Notes under the pieces: model-generated
Told to the model about the DNA's origin: nothing
The model's database searches: none
Seen by the model: the letters and a program-made list of their open reading frames with translations, nothing else
Program-made: the position numbers and the translations under genes
In this document: positions 1 through 9,586 of the stretch, one piece after another
Position numbering within the stretch: position 1 is the stretch's first letter
How the letters are laid out: every line of letters starts with the position of its first letter
IMG/VR virus record: IMGVR_UViG_3300037424_002697
Span: 1 to 56,764 of that record
DNA from: a virus
Lineage: Duplodnaviria; Caudoviricetes
Strand: one strand, 5' to 3'
DNA: 56,764 nucleotides

Positions 1-874
1 GAAAGCTACGTTCTTCCGCCGTGCCCGTGGCGTAGTCTATTGTGTTGCAGTCGGTGGAATACCAGACGCCGAAGTGAAAACCACTGGAGGACGCTTCTGT
101 TACTCCTTCGTGTTGCAGGTATTTAACCGCAAGATCGACGGCTGTCAGTCCTTCCTCTTGGTCAAATTCATCGGGCGTCATCTCGACGCCTTCTTCGTTG
201 ATCCAACCGGAATCACTAACGTCACCCTGTTCCGCGCTTTCTGGTGTAATCTGACTGAAGCTGACACGGATGCGCGGGTTTAAAATCGGCATCCGGTTTA
301 TGAAATCCTGCGGATCGTCCGGGTCTTCAGACTCCATGGTCTGGTTGCGCACCGGGCTGTTGTCGGGGTGCATCGGGTCGAACCAAATACCGCAGTTAAA
401 GCAGTCGAGCAGCCCTTCGTCGTCGGCTTCACTGCTGATGTTGTTGCTGCCGCATTCCGGGCATTTATGGGGGAACAAGCGTTCGAGATCGGCGCGTGGA
501 TCGAACGCGTCGGGGTCGCCGTCAAGAATCTCATGAATGACTTCCATGGCTTCCGTGTGCCAGCGTAAGACAATACGGCGTATTTCACTGATGGGTGCTC
601 TGACCTCTTTCAGAACGCTTCCGTGCTGGTTCAGCACGCCGCGCCCGCTCAGTTTGATTTGACGATAAGTTACGTTTGGATTGTTTTTGTGTACAACAAC
701 AAAGTGCCAGATGCCGCGTCCGGCGGACTTGAGCCAGTAATCCGTCTCTTTTGCGAATAACAGTTGGCGGCGAGGGTGCCGCAGGCTAAAACCAAGTTCC
801 TTGAGCACGACATCGGGATCAACCGTGCTGTGCAGGTAGTCAATTGGATTCGGGTCATCAATTGGGTCAGACAT
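1..874 (-). CDS. Multidomain hypothetical protein with CxxC..CxxC zinc ribbon and acidic DP-rich linkers; runs off the left edge
   Basis: Not in the ORF track. Manual translation from the ATG at 874 (overlapping the upstream stop) is open to base 1: MSDPIDDPNPIDYL...CPECGS...CFNCGIWF...ITPESAEQGDVSDSGW. Confidence 0.75.
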   Translation of the reverse strand, partial: MSDPIDDPNPIDYLHSTVDPDVVLKELGFSLRHPRRQLLFAKETDYWLKSAGRGIWHFVVVHKNNPNVTYRQIKLSGRGVLNQHGSVLKEVRAPISEIRRIVLRWHTEAMEVIHEILDGDPDAFDPRADLERLFPHKCPECGSNNISSEADDEGLLDCFNCGIWFDPMHPDNSPVRNQTMESEDPDDPQDFINRMPILNPRIRVSFSQITPESAEQGDVSDSGWINEEGVEMTPDEFDQEEGLTAVDLAVKYLQHEGVTEASSSGFHFGVWYSTDCNTIDYATGTAEERSF

Positions 875-1190
875 TGAGAATTCCTTCGGCGGACAGCCGT
901 TCCTTGGTCGGCACGCGGATCGCGGTGCCGGTAGGTACGCTGACCAGTGGATCGAGCATGTTGTTTACACTGGATAGCACCCACCAAAGTTGCGGGGTGC
1001 CGTAAAAGTCATTGGCCAATAGATCGAGACGCGGCACGCCTGCCGGAGGCACAACCCAAAGTTCGTCGGTGTCATCCGGTACCACGGCTGGCTGCATCAG
1101 TCCAAATACAACCGTATCGCCGCCCAGATCGTAGATCGGGGTCTTGGCAAACATGCTGTATTGAGGGAGTTCGATTCGCTGTCCTGCCAT
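867..1190 (-). CDS. Baseplate wedge protein, T4 gp53/LysM-like
   Basis: RLDLLANDFYGTPQLWWVLSSVNNMLDP...GTAIRVP signature; GTAGTTA motif 6 nt upstream. Confidence 0.75.
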   Translation of the reverse strand: MAGQRIELPQYSMFAKTPIYDLGGDTVVFGLMQPAVVPDDTDELWVVPPAGVPRLDLLANDFYGTPQLWWVLSSVNNMLDPLVSVPTGTAIRVPTKERLSAEGILNV

Positions 1191-1199
1191 ACCTCTTAA

Positions 1200-1406
1200 C
1201 TACGGTAATTCAAACAGCGGTTCATCTTTGTTCCCGTAAAGGTTTACTTTGAGTTTCTGGCGTTCGGCGCGTCCGGCCAGCCAACTGCTTAGCCAGACAA
1301 TCTTCCAATGAACAGTGCCAGTTAACGGATCGAGAAAAGTGTGTCCAGTGAGTTCGGCTAAAAGATGCTTGATGTCCTCTGTTGTCGGTTTGTCTGGAAT
1401 AGGCAT
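1200..1406 (-). CDS. Hypothetical protein
   Basis: 68-aa ORF filling the gap directly after the terminase. Confidence 0.55.
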   Translation of the reverse strand: MPIPDKPTTEDIKHLLAELTGHTFLDPLTGTVHWKIVWLSSWLAGRAERQKLKVNLYGNKDEPLFELP

Positions 1407-1411
1407 CGGCT

Positions 1412-3598
1412 TTAAACCCTGAACACTTTCGAGCGGGTGTAACCCTTGGGTGGCAGCGGAATTTCGACTGGCGGTGCTTCAGCTTCAACTTGCTGCATCT
1501 GCTGACCAGTGTACAGGCTGGGCGCGTTGTGGCTCATCAAGCTCAGTTTTTCGTCGGAATTCACCGCGTTGAAGTAAGCACCCGCTGCGGCGTCCGTGGT
1601 ATCCTTGGAGCCATCCGGCGGGTGATCGAATTTTTTGTCCATTTCCAGCAGGTTTTCCGCCTCGCGGATCATTTGTTCATTGCGGTGGAGCCGAATGCGG
1701 TGTTCCTCGAATCCGGCTCGCCACGCTGTATACACTGATTTATCCTTGTCGATGGAGAGTTTGTCGACCTTGAAATTGCGGGCCTCCAATTCCTGCAACG
1801 GCATTTCAGACTGCCACATGTCCGCCGTGATAAGGCCAAACCGGTAGCCGCACATGTCGCGCAGCCAGAAGAAAAATTTCTGGATTTTGCCGATGTTAAT
1901 GGGTTTGTTCTGCCCGGCGCAGATCGTGAGGATGAAGTCGTATTCGACCATGAGGCGGTATTCGGCAAACGGCTCGCCATCCTTGACCAAGCCCTCGACG
2001 AGCTGACTTCCGGCCAGATGGCAGATGCTTACGCCAGCCAAGGATTGGGTGGCCAAGTCGATGTGCGCGTAGCGCTGGTTTTGTGGATGCCGGATGGGCT
2101 GGATGCGCGACTGTACGCGGGTAAGGAACGCTTTATGGCTGAGATAATCCCAGATGTTTTTGTTGTCTTCCGAGCTGATCGGCAAACGGGCAACGCCGGT
2201 AATGAGCGGAGAGGGCACTCCTTCCTGTGTGGATACCTGTAAACAATGTTCAATATCAATGAGGCTTGGAAACAGGCGGTGAGCACCACCAACGCTGATG
2301 CCGGACAGGTTTTGAAGCTGGGTTTTGGTGTTGCGCCGGTAAGCTTCCCAATAAAACTTGGGTACCAGTTCCGTTTTGGCCCCGTTGGGCGGTTCTTCGT
2401 GCGGTTCTTCGAGGATAGGTGAACCGTCCTCCCGGTACCAGCCTGAAAGAATATAGGGTTCCATATTCTTCAGGCCGTAGGTGACTTTGAACCAATGGTG
2501 ATTGGGGCCTATGCCGGTCAGGACGTGGCGTTTGATTTTGTAAACAGCGTTTCGGAAAACGATCTGGCTTGGCGGTTCCTGTTCCGTCGTGGATGGTAGC
2601 TGGCGGTTGGCAAGTTCGCGCAGCCGGTTGGATTCTTCAATTTCACCGACAACTTTTTCCGTGAAACTGGATTCGTCAGCGGCGGATGACGCGATGATTG
2701 AGAGTGCGGGCAGATAGGACGCGATTTTTTGAAAGCGGTTGGAGATGCGCGTGCGCACCTGATCGTAAAGCTCGTAAGCTTTCAGGTCAGGGTCTTTTTC
2801 CAGACGAAAGTTGCCTTCGTCCAGCCCGATGCCCACAAGGTTGCGCCCCAAGACGTGCTGGCCTTTTGATCCGGCAGTCATCCAGATGCGCGAAACACGA
2901 CCGTCCGGCAGCGTGTTTTCCATTGGAATGCGGTAACCGCTGTAGTCCGAATCAGGGTCATAGCGGCAAATTTCCAAGAAGTAAGGGCTGTCTGACATGA
3001 AGGTCATCGCGGTGCCGAATGCAGTGTCCTTGACGGCTTCCTTCGTGACCGACAGGAGGTTGTAAACAATGTTTGAGTTTCGGTTCAGTCCAAAGAAGTG
3101 CTGGGGATTCTTCAGATAGGTCGCGATGCACATGCGGTAGAGGATCAGTGTGACCATCATGACCGTTTTGCCGATACCCAAACTGCCGGTGATGACCATG
3201 TTGTGGATGCGACTGTTGATGTTCATGTGCCTTTGCATCAATTCCATCCACGCGGGCCAAATGCCTTCGTTTTCTCCGGGGATTGGCCGCCATGTGCGCC
3301 CGAGGTAATAGTCGTCAAGGATGAACGTCTCGATGTTGGGCGGGCGCTTGATGTAGTCAAAGCGCCAGAGTTCGTTCGTCAGGTCGCCATAGTCTTCGCC
3401 TCTGGCGGCGGCCTCTTTCATTAATGTCGCCAGTTCTTCGAAGCGCTGTTGTTCCAAGCTGGTAAGCGACAAATCCCGAACGCCCGGAGTGATTTCGCGT
3501 TCACCTGAGAGCACCTGCTCAGCAACTCGTTCGATGCGCTCCGTCAGCGTATGGTGTGTTGTCTTGCCGCTGTCGTTCGTAGAACTCATGCACGTCAA
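1412..3598 (-). CDS. terL: Terminase large subunit
   Basis: Walker A TGSLGIGKT, Walker B IGLDE, RNase H-like nuclease motifs HIDLA, TADMWQS and DHPPDGSKDTTDA; start may be ATG 3589. Confidence 0.9.
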   Translation of the reverse strand: MTCMSSTNDSGKTTHHTLTERIERVAEQVLSGEREITPGVRDLSLTSLEQQRFEELATLMKEAAARGEDYGDLTNELWRFDYIKRPPNIETFILDDYYLGRTWRPIPGENEGIWPAWMELMQRHMNINSRIHNMVITGSLGIGKTVMMVTLILYRMCIATYLKNPQHFFGLNRNSNIVYNLLSVTKEAVKDTAFGTAMTFMSDSPYFLEICRYDPDSDYSGYRIPMENTLPDGRVSRIWMTAGSKGQHVLGRNLVGIGLDEGNFRLEKDPDLKAYELYDQVRTRISNRFQKIASYLPALSIIASSAADESSFTEKVVGEIEESNRLRELANRQLPSTTEQEPPSQIVFRNAVYKIKRHVLTGIGPNHHWFKVTYGLKNMEPYILSGWYREDGSPILEEPHEEPPNGAKTELVPKFYWEAYRRNTKTQLQNLSGISVGGAHRLFPSLIDIEHCLQVSTQEGVPSPLITGVARLPISSEDNKNIWDYLSHKAFLTRVQSRIQPIRHPQNQRYAHIDLATQSLAGVSICHLAGSQLVEGLVKDGEPFAEYRLMVEYDFILTICAGQNKPINIGKIQKFFFWLRDMCGYRFGLITADMWQSEMPLQELEARNFKVDKLSIDKDKSVYTAWRAGFEEHRIRLHRNEQMIREAENLLEMDKKFDHPPDGSKDTTDAAAGAYFNAVNSDEKLSLMSHNAPSLYTGQQMQQVEAEAPPVEIPLPPKGYTRSKVFRV

Positions 3599-3860
3599 AT
3601 CCCTTGTCCGTCACGAACCATTGTTTGCGCGGGCGCGGGCTGCCGGGCTCCCAGAAGTGTGACTTGATTTGTGAAAAAATCAGTCCGCGCTTGTGCATAT
3701 TGAACAGCGCGATTCCAGCAAGCAGCGGGTAACGCCCTTCGTTTTTCTCCCAGCAAATCCAAGCAATTTGCGTGGCGGTAAGGCCGGGGCAGGCGACGAG
3801 TATGCGCAGCACCTTTACCGTAAACTTTGAGGCTTCGTATTGAAGTAACACGCATTTCAA
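3519..3860 (-). CDS. Putative winged-helix DNA-binding protein
   Basis: GLTATQIA...LFNMHKRGLI...WFVTDKG pattern; ATGA overlap with the upstream gene. Confidence 0.5.
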   Translation of the reverse strand: MKCVLLQYEASKFTVKVLRILVACPGLTATQIAWICWEKNEGRYPLLAGIALFNMHKRGLIFSQIKSHFWEPGSPRPRKQWFVTDKGFDVHEFYERQRQDNTPYADGAHRTSC

Positions 3861-4303
3861 GTGGCTGGGCCGGATTGAACTGTGTTCATTGCGGCATCTC
3901 TTTCCGGCTGTGCGCGGAACAGGTAGACGGCATAAGTGCCAGCGTAAACTTTAGCCAGTTCTCCGTAGGCCGGTAGAATTTTGGCTCCGTTGATGATCTG
4001 CCACCCGTAGTGCGACGTGAAGGAGATCGCCAGTTCGTAGACGTTGTAATCGCGGATGGCGTTTACAGCGCGTTCGCCTGCGATGAAAGTCAGGTAAGGA
4101 AGGACATCTATGCTTTTTTGAAGGTGTTTTTTGCTGGTTTTAATGATGAGCATGTGTTGTTTAAACCATGCGTCTGGTCCAAGGGTGTCAATGCCCTTGG
4201 GTGTTTCGATAGTGTAGCCGACCATCTGGTTTTCAGCGAAGTGAAACCAGAGGCTCGACGTGTGCCCAAAGCCGGACACACATTCCTTGTACGCTGCTGT
4301 CAT
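3857..4303 (-). CDS. Hypothetical protein
   Basis: ORF; start moved to ATG 4303, 8 nt after a GTTCTT motif. Confidence 0.6.
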   Translation of the reverse strand: MTAAYKECVSGFGHTSSLWFHFAENQMVGYTIETPKGIDTLGPDAWFKQHMLIIKTSKKHLQKSIDVLPYLTFIAGERAVNAIRDYNVYELAISFTSHYGWQIINGAKILPAYGELAKVYAGTYAVYLFRAQPERDAAMNTVQSGPAT

Positions 4304-4320
4304 CACGTACAAGAACGGAA

Positions 4321-5136
4321 TTACGCGGGTTTTTCGGCAGATTCGGCTTCTTCCGCCGATACGTCGTCAGGTATTTCTGGCGGTTCTATGCCCATGGGAA
4401 GGATGCCGCGTTCAGCGTTTAGTTTTTGCTCCAGTTCCCAGAGTTTTTTGCGGATAAGCTCACGGCCTTGGGGCGTGGTGCCCTCCCAGTGTTTCTGCAC
4501 AATGCGTTCAGTCTGGTGGTGATGAAAGTCGATTTTTTCAATGACGGTCACGGTATCAACTGCCCGGTCATTGTCGCTTAAGCCTTTGGTCAGGTCGGGT
4601 ATCTGGTCGTTGGACATGCGCCAGATAACCAGTGCTTCACTGACGGAAACATCGTTGCGACGCGTGGCGCGTTTGATGTGGCGCACGGCATTGGCTCGCA
4701 TCTCGATCATGTCGGCCAAAAGTTCGTGATTGGCCTGATTGACGTAGGCCCGCACGACATCGCCCTTTTCCGGCTGGCTGGCAGCGATCTGCTGGATGTG
4801 ACTCTTGAAAGGAGCGATGTCCTTGTTGGTGGACATCGCGTTGACCAATTCTTTAAGCCCGATAACCGTGGGGCTGAGCGGTTCCAGCGGTTCCTGCGGG
4901 TCAAGGTCACTGCGGCAGACAAAATTGGATGCAACTGCGTGTTGACTGGTAGGCTCCAAGAAAACTGGTTTGCCCAGCATTCCAGTGTTGGTGCCGGTGT
5001 CTGTAACCACGACCTCGACGCAGGTGCCGGTGGAGACTATCGTGGCTTCCGGCGGCGCGGGCTTTGGCTTGGGCTTGCGCTTTGCCGTGTTTTCAGACGG
5101 CTTTGACTTTACCGTTTTAGTTCGTTTGCGGCCCAT
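4321..5136 (-). CDS. Hypothetical protein, candidate terminase small subunit
   Basis: 271 aa, basic N-terminus, helical core, acidic tail, upstream of terL; function inferred from position only. Confidence 0.45.
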   Translation of the reverse strand: MGRKRTKTVKSKPSENTAKRKPKPKPAPPEATIVSTGTCVEVVVTDTGTNTGMLGKPVFLEPTSQHAVASNFVCRSDLDPQEPLEPLSPTVIGLKELVNAMSTNKDIAPFKSHIQQIAASQPEKGDVVRAYVNQANHELLADMIEMRANAVRHIKRATRRNDVSVSEALVIWRMSNDQIPDLTKGLSDNDRAVDTVTVIEKIDFHHHQTERIVQKHWEGTTPQGRELIRKKLWELEQKLNAERGILPMGIEPPEIPDDVSAEEAESAEKPA

Positions 5137-5140
5137 TACC

Positions 5141-5491
5141 TCAGTACTTTGCTCGATGCCAGCCGCTCCTTAAAAATCTTGCGGAGCCTCGATCCCAATC
5201 TTCTTGTTGGTCTATCTGCACCTGATTTCTGTCCAACCATTCTTGCCGCTGTGCGGGTGTAAGCGTCGAACAGCCGAGGGTGAGCAGGATCAAAATGGCT
5301 CCAAAGAGATTTTGTTTGACTTGGGCGCGGCGATTTTCAGGGACGATTGTGCCATTAGATTCAGCGATTTTATTACGCTTGTTGGCTTCGGCGTCCGCTT
5401 GCGCCTTGGTGTCCAAGGGGGCGGTTACCCGCTGTCCATTTTCCACGACTACGAATTTGCCGTCTGCTGGATTGTTTACGTTGTTTGCCAT
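5141..5491 (-). CDS. Hypothetical protein with an internal lipobox-like segment
   Basis: Start MANNV at 5491, 7 nt after GTTCTT; internal AILILLTLGC. Confidence 0.6.
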   Translation of the reverse strand: MANNVNNPADGKFVVVENGQRVTAPLDTKAQADAEANKRNKIAESNGTIVPENRRAQVKQNLFGAILILLTLGCSTLTPAQRQEWLDRNQVQIDQQEDWDRGSARFLRSGWHRAKY

Positions 5492-5522
5492 AGCGTTAAG
5501 AACAGAATAGCCCGGTTTACGT

Positions 5523-6188
5523 TTATTGTCCAAGCGCCGCTTTCGCATCGGCGTAGTCTTGGCCCACGTCTCCGCCCAGCACTTGGAGCTGGATCTTGGT
5601 GTCCTGAAGCTGGTCGTATTTGGTTTTCATGACATCCGTCATTACCTGCCCGGAATCACGCACGAAATTATCCGCGAACCTGTCAATTTCAGTAGCGATG
5701 TCCGCGTTGCTGATTGCGCTTAACTGGCCTATGGCGGCTCGACCGGCTGCGCATACGGTTTGTAGACAGCGTAGAAAGTCAGCCGCTTGTGTCATGGCGC
5801 TGTTTACATCACCCTGAATCTGCCCCAAGAAGTCATCTAGCTGTTCCTGCAATTCCCCCATTCGGTTCCACGGATGCCGGAGCAGCCGGTTTATCATGTT
5901 GGCGTAAGCTCCCGTGATCATTGCTTGAAGCTGGTTGACATCGCCGGTCGTTATCGGGGGCAGGTTCAGCCATGGACAGTTTGCGACCAGATTTTCGTAT
6001 AGCGCAAGGTCGATGTTTACAACCGGAATGAGGTTGCCGATATTTGGCACCAAATCGCTCAGTTCGCCGAGCTGTTCCAAAAGGCCAGCGAGGCTCCGCA
6101 AGGCGGTAAACTTTTTGTTTATCCGCTTCAGGACATCAAGCTGGAATGCCGCCAGCGTGTCGACAACTTGGCAAGGGTCTACGGCCAT
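5523..6188 (-). CDS. Hypothetical helical protein, possibly virion-associated
   Basis: 221-aa ORF with Leu/Gln-rich helical character. Confidence 0.65.
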   Translation of the reverse strand: MAVDPCQVVDTLAAFQLDVLKRINKKFTALRSLAGLLEQLGELSDLVPNIGNLIPVVNIDLALYENLVANCPWLNLPPITTGDVNQLQAMITGAYANMINRLLRHPWNRMGELQEQLDDFLGQIQGDVNSAMTQAADFLRCLQTVCAAGRAAIGQLSAISNADIATEIDRFADNFVRDSGQVMTDVMKTKYDQLQDTKIQLQVLGGDVGQDYADAKAALGQ

Positions 6189-6212
6189 AGTATCTTAATA
6201 GTAGTTACAGGT

Positions 6213-6467
6213 GTGAACGCGTCGCCCGCTCTCATGTTTAGAACCAGAAGTCCTGCGCCTGATACGGAGGATCTGGCTCTTTCGTTCTTGGAGGAAGAAG
6301 TGGGCCGGTTCGATTGGGTGAACAACTGGCCGAAAATCAAGGCGACTGGAACAGCCAGTCAGCGCGTTCAAGACTGGTTGACGGCCTTACAGATTGAGCA
6401 TAACCCGGATGAAATCGTTTCTTATCTGGATAAGCTCGTGGCGGAAAGATCAGGCAAGTGGTTGTAA
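6213..6467 (+). CDS. Hypothetical protein
   Basis: In-frame GTG 5 nt after GTAGTTA (6201-6207); heads a plus-strand operon. Confidence 0.55.
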   Translation: MNASPALMFRTRSPAPDTEDLALSFLEEEVGRFDWVNNWPKIKATGTASQRVQDWLTALQIEHNPDEIVSYLDKLVAERSGKWL

Positions 6468-6470
6468 ACA

Positions 6471-6968
6471 GTGAACAAGCAAAATATGAAAAAAGTCCTA
6501 TCTTTACTCGTGCTGGCCGTCCTAGCCGCAGGTTTGACCGGGTGCGGCACAACCAGCTCAGACGCGAATCTCGGCCCGCCCATGGTGCGGCTGAGCGTTT
6601 CCAGCGGAGCTGTCTACAGCCTGCTGAAATACCCGGAGGCGGTGCCTGCTGTCAGAGCTTCCGCCGCGATTATCTGTTCACAGGCGGCGGGAACCAATCT
6701 GGCTCCGGCGGAAGTGGTTGCGGCCATTGACGCTCATGCGGAAAAAACACCGGAGTCGGTGTTGATTGTGAATGCAGCTTTGAGTGTGTACACACTCGTA
6801 TGGAACAGCTACGGAGCCAGTGCGGTGGCGCACACGCCCATTCTCAGAGTGTACTTGGAAGCAACATGCAGCGGTCTGATTGACGCTTTAACCGTGGTGC
6901 CCGCATCGGATGGATTGCTCAGTGCTACGGCACAAAATCCGGCTTGGCCTCAAGTTAAATTCAAGTGA
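6471..6968 (+). CDS. Lipoprotein
   Basis: MKKVLSLLVLAVLAAGLTGC signal peptide II with lipobox. Confidence 0.75.
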   Translation: MNKQNMKKVLSLLVLAVLAAGLTGCGTTSSDANLGPPMVRLSVSSGAVYSLLKYPEAVPAVRASAAIICSQAAGTNLAPAEVVAAIDAHAEKTPESVLIVNAALSVYTLVWNSYGASAVAHTPILRVYLEATCSGLIDALTVVPASDGLLSATAQNPAWPQVKFK

Positions 6969-7111
6969 AAACCGCACTGCTCATCCTGCTGGCTGCGTTC
7001 CTTTCCATGGGTTGTCGCACCCCAGTTCAGCCGGAGGACGAGTGGCCTTCTTTGGGTTGGGATGCCGATGTCCCTTCCCTTGACCCTGTAACGAATAGCG
7101 TGCCCCGATGA
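6965..7111 (+). CDS. Small lipoprotein (48 aa)
   Basis: Below the track cutoff; MKTALLILLAAFLSMGC lipobox; GTGA and ATGA overlaps with both neighbours. Confidence 0.7.
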   Translation: MKTALLILLAAFLSMGCRTPVQPEDEWPSLGWDADVPSLDPVTNSVPR

Positions 7112-7767
7112 AATTCCAGCCCGGTCTTTTACCAAGGAAAGCCACTGATCGCCGCTTTTTGGCGGCCCCTTTGGCTGCGGTAAACGTGGTGCCAGCGCTC
7201 GTTGATTTGCGTCCGCAGCTTTTGTCTTCCAGCAACCAAGGAAATACGCCCAAGTGCGCGGCGTACTCGATGGCAGGCTGGTTGGAATACTACAATTGGA
7301 AGTACAAGGGGATCGCCGCACAGATCGATCCTGATCCCATTTATGACCGAGCCAAGATGCTTGACGGCGTGCCGGAAGCAGCAGGCACGACTTTGGAGGC
7401 TGTGCTTCAGGCTGCGCATGATTTGCAATTGATCACGCCGGTTGAGACGGCCAGCATTCGTTTTGTGGGGCCGGATGGTGTTCAGCAGGCGCTCCATCGC
7501 TACGGTGTTATTTTGGCCGCTTTTAACATCGCAGAGGGCTGGAGGGGTGCTGCTCCCAACGGCTGGATTGCTGAAGGCGGCGTGGCGTTGGGCGGGCATG
7601 CGGTGCTGCTTTGTGGATATTCGACCGTGGATAATCCACCGTGGTACGGCATTCAGAATTCATGGGGTGAACAGCAAGGCTGGCGCGGTTTTAACCGCAT
7701 GACGGTTTCACTGTTCAAGCAGCAGTTTGATTACGGTTTGATTTGTGATTTTCCAGAGCGTATTTAG
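7108..7767 (+). CDS. Papain-like C1 cysteine peptidase
   Basis: NQGNTPKCAAY (Gln/Cys), GGHAVLLCGY (His), IQNSWG (Asn). Confidence 0.9.
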   Translation: MKFQPGLLPRKATDRRFLAAPLAAVNVVPALVDLRPQLLSSSNQGNTPKCAAYSMAGWLEYYNWKYKGIAAQIDPDPIYDRAKMLDGVPEAAGTTLEAVLQAAHDLQLITPVETASIRFVGPDGVQQALHRYGVILAAFNIAEGWRGAAPNGWIAEGGVALGGHAVLLCGYSTVDNPPWYGIQNSWGEQQGWRGFNRMTVSLFKQQFDYGLICDFPERI

Positions 7768-7788
7768 TGGTGTGAGGGTCTAGGGTGG

Positions 7789-7819
7789 AGGCCGACCGGT
7801 CAGACTGGTCGGCCTTTTT
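7789..7819 (+). terminator. Rho-independent terminator
   Basis: AGGCCGACCGGT-CAG-ACTGGTCGGCCT stem followed by a T run, between convergent operons. Confidence 0.8.
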
Positions 7820-8001
7820 ACGCCCGGCAGGATTGGCCTGCTCACCTTTTTCAATTTTTCGGATAAGCTGGTCGGCAGGCCAAGTTTAAAGGCCGCACAC
7901 AATAAACAGCCACTACGGGCTAAACGCGGACATTTCTGCCCTCAACGTTTCAGCGTCCTACGCCAGTTCCTCGCAAGACTGTCACTGGAAACCGACTGGA
8001 G

Positions 8002-8301
8002 TTACCGCTCCAGTATCGCGGGCGCAAAATTTAAAGCACAGTTTTGGCAGAGTGGAGTGTGGGGGTCCAGCCAATAGCGTGTCGGTTGTTTACACTTAAC
8101 GCAATTTTCCGGCGGACAAAACTTGAGATCATCCGGTTCATGGTGGACTTCCGTCTTGGGTGTGACGATCACGCCTTTGTACCTGTCACCGTCACAGGTA
8201 AGATGCCAGTCATAAATGCCATCCGAATAGCGGAGAGCGCCGTCAGCAATGGGCAGGGCGCACACCACACACGGCCTAGTGATCACAGGAGGGGCAGACA
8301 T
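8002..8301 (-). CDS. Cys-rich zinc-finger hypothetical protein
   Basis: CVVC..HLTC and CVKC..CQNC motifs. Confidence 0.55.
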   Translation of the reverse strand: MSAPPVITRPCVVCALPIADGALRYSDGIYDWHLTCDGDRYKGVIVTPKTEVHHEPDDLKFCPPENCVKCKQPTRYWLDPHTPLCQNCALNFAPAILER

Positions 8302-8701
8302 GGATGATTCCTCTACGCACGACTTCAAATTCTTGTCCGCATTTGACGCAGGTGCGATGTTCCACTTTGGCTGGAAAGGACATCTCGCGGGCGTAATGCG
8401 AATCCCAGCCCGGCTCAGTGCCGATGGCTTCGATCACAGTGCCCTCGTCGATCAACAGGAAAGGTTGAAAACAGCCGTACGAAATCAGTTTCTTGTCAGC
8501 GGTCTGAATAACATCGCGTTCGTCTAGCCAATAGCCTTCATCCTTGATGACTGGGTTGTGGAATGTGAAACTGATGGTCAGGAAGGTAAAGCGTCCGCTG
8601 GGCGGCCTGCCGACGCGGCCCCAAAGAGCCACACTGGCGTTGCGGCCACGCCCAACATACCAGCGGCCTTCAATGAGCTGATCCTGTGGAATTTGTTTCA
8701 T
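8276..8701 (-). CDS. Hypothetical protein with C-terminal zinc ribbon
   Basis: CVKC..CPSC; coupled to the upstream stop. Confidence 0.65.
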   Translation of the reverse strand: MKQIPQDQLIEGRWYVGRGRNASVALWGRVGRPPSGRFTFLTISFTFHNPVIKDEGYWLDERDVIQTADKKLISYGCFQPFLLIDEGTVIEAIGTEPGWDSHYAREMSFPAKVEHRTCVKCGQEFEVVRRGIIHVCPSCDH

Positions 8702-9537
8702 TAATCAATGTGGCCGTTATCACCGGTGACCGTCCACTTCATATCGTCGATGAAGCGCCGAATGAATGGCTGGTATGTCCGATCAGGCTTGCTGTTTCCG
8801 TTGCCTTTGCACTGATGGACTGAGCCCTTGCGCGTCAAAGGGTGCGCGTGGTCGAAACCGACTTCCAACGTGGCGTGCGGTTTATTGTTTTGATCGCGCA
8901 GGCTGTAATACTCACGCTGGCTGTTCATACGCCAGTTGTTGTAATAGCTGCCGTTGCCGACGCAGTGGTTCATCAGGCGTCCCTCGCGCTCGAACTGAAG
9001 CGCGGTGACAAGTTTAACCCAGCGATAGTCCTCGTAAACTCTGATCACGACCGGTTTGTCGGTGACGTAGTTCCAGATGTTGGCCGAAACGTCCCGGTAC
9101 CAGAGCACGGCAGCGTCGGTTGCGACGGGGAAGCTGATGCGGTCGACGCGAGGCAGGCGGGTATCGTTCGCTTTCCAGTTGTTGAACCAGAGGATAATGA
9201 CTTCCAGCACGTTCCAGAGTTCGCGGCGGCGCGGCTGCACCGTGTCGAACCAAAATAGCGTTTCACCACGTTCGACAGCGGCGATTGCCCACGGTGGAAG
9301 TTCCTTGGGGTCGTGTTTCTGCCGGTCATGCCGGGGTTTTTTGAGCAAGTGAATGGTTTCGGTGTATTTGCACAGGCAAACTTCGCGGAAATTGGCGCAC
9401 ACGTCTTTTTCCGGCAATTTGCCAAGGATGTAGTTTCGGGCCACGGTCAGCACCCAGCGTTTGGCGTGATCATGGTACAGCCGTGCCGCGTATCGGCGCA
9501 GTTCGCGTTCGATGTCTGCAACGTTCAAAACGTTCAC
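8701..9537 (-). CDS. PcfJ-like domain protein
   Basis: EGRLMNHCVG...YYSLRDQNNKPHATLEV...QCKGNGN signature; GTTCTA 8 nt upstream. Confidence 0.8.
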   Translation of the reverse strand: MNVLNVADIERELRRYAARLYHDHAKRWVLTVARNYILGKLPEKDVCANFREVCLCKYTETIHLLKKPRHDRQKHDPKELPPWAIAAVERGETLFWFDTVQPRRRELWNVLEVIILWFNNWKANDTRLPRVDRISFPVATDAAVLWYRDVSANIWNYVTDKPVVIRVYEDYRWVKLVTALQFEREGRLMNHCVGNGSYYNNWRMNSQREYYSLRDQNNKPHATLEVGFDHAHPLTRKGSVHQCKGNGNSKPDRTYQPFIRRFIDDMKWTVTGDNGHID

Positions 9538-9586
9538 GGTTTAATAGAACCAGAAACCTGTAAACGCCGCAAGTAATAATTAAGGA

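Noticed and set aside
1412-3598. Intein or intron in the terminase or polymerase
   Set aside because: No intein splice-junction or LAGLIDADG motifs seen; the frames are continuous.
7760-7766. GTATTTA at the end of the peptidase gene as a late promoter
   Set aside because: It overlaps the stop codon and is followed within about 25 nt by a terminator; probably chance, though a tiny RNA is not excluded.
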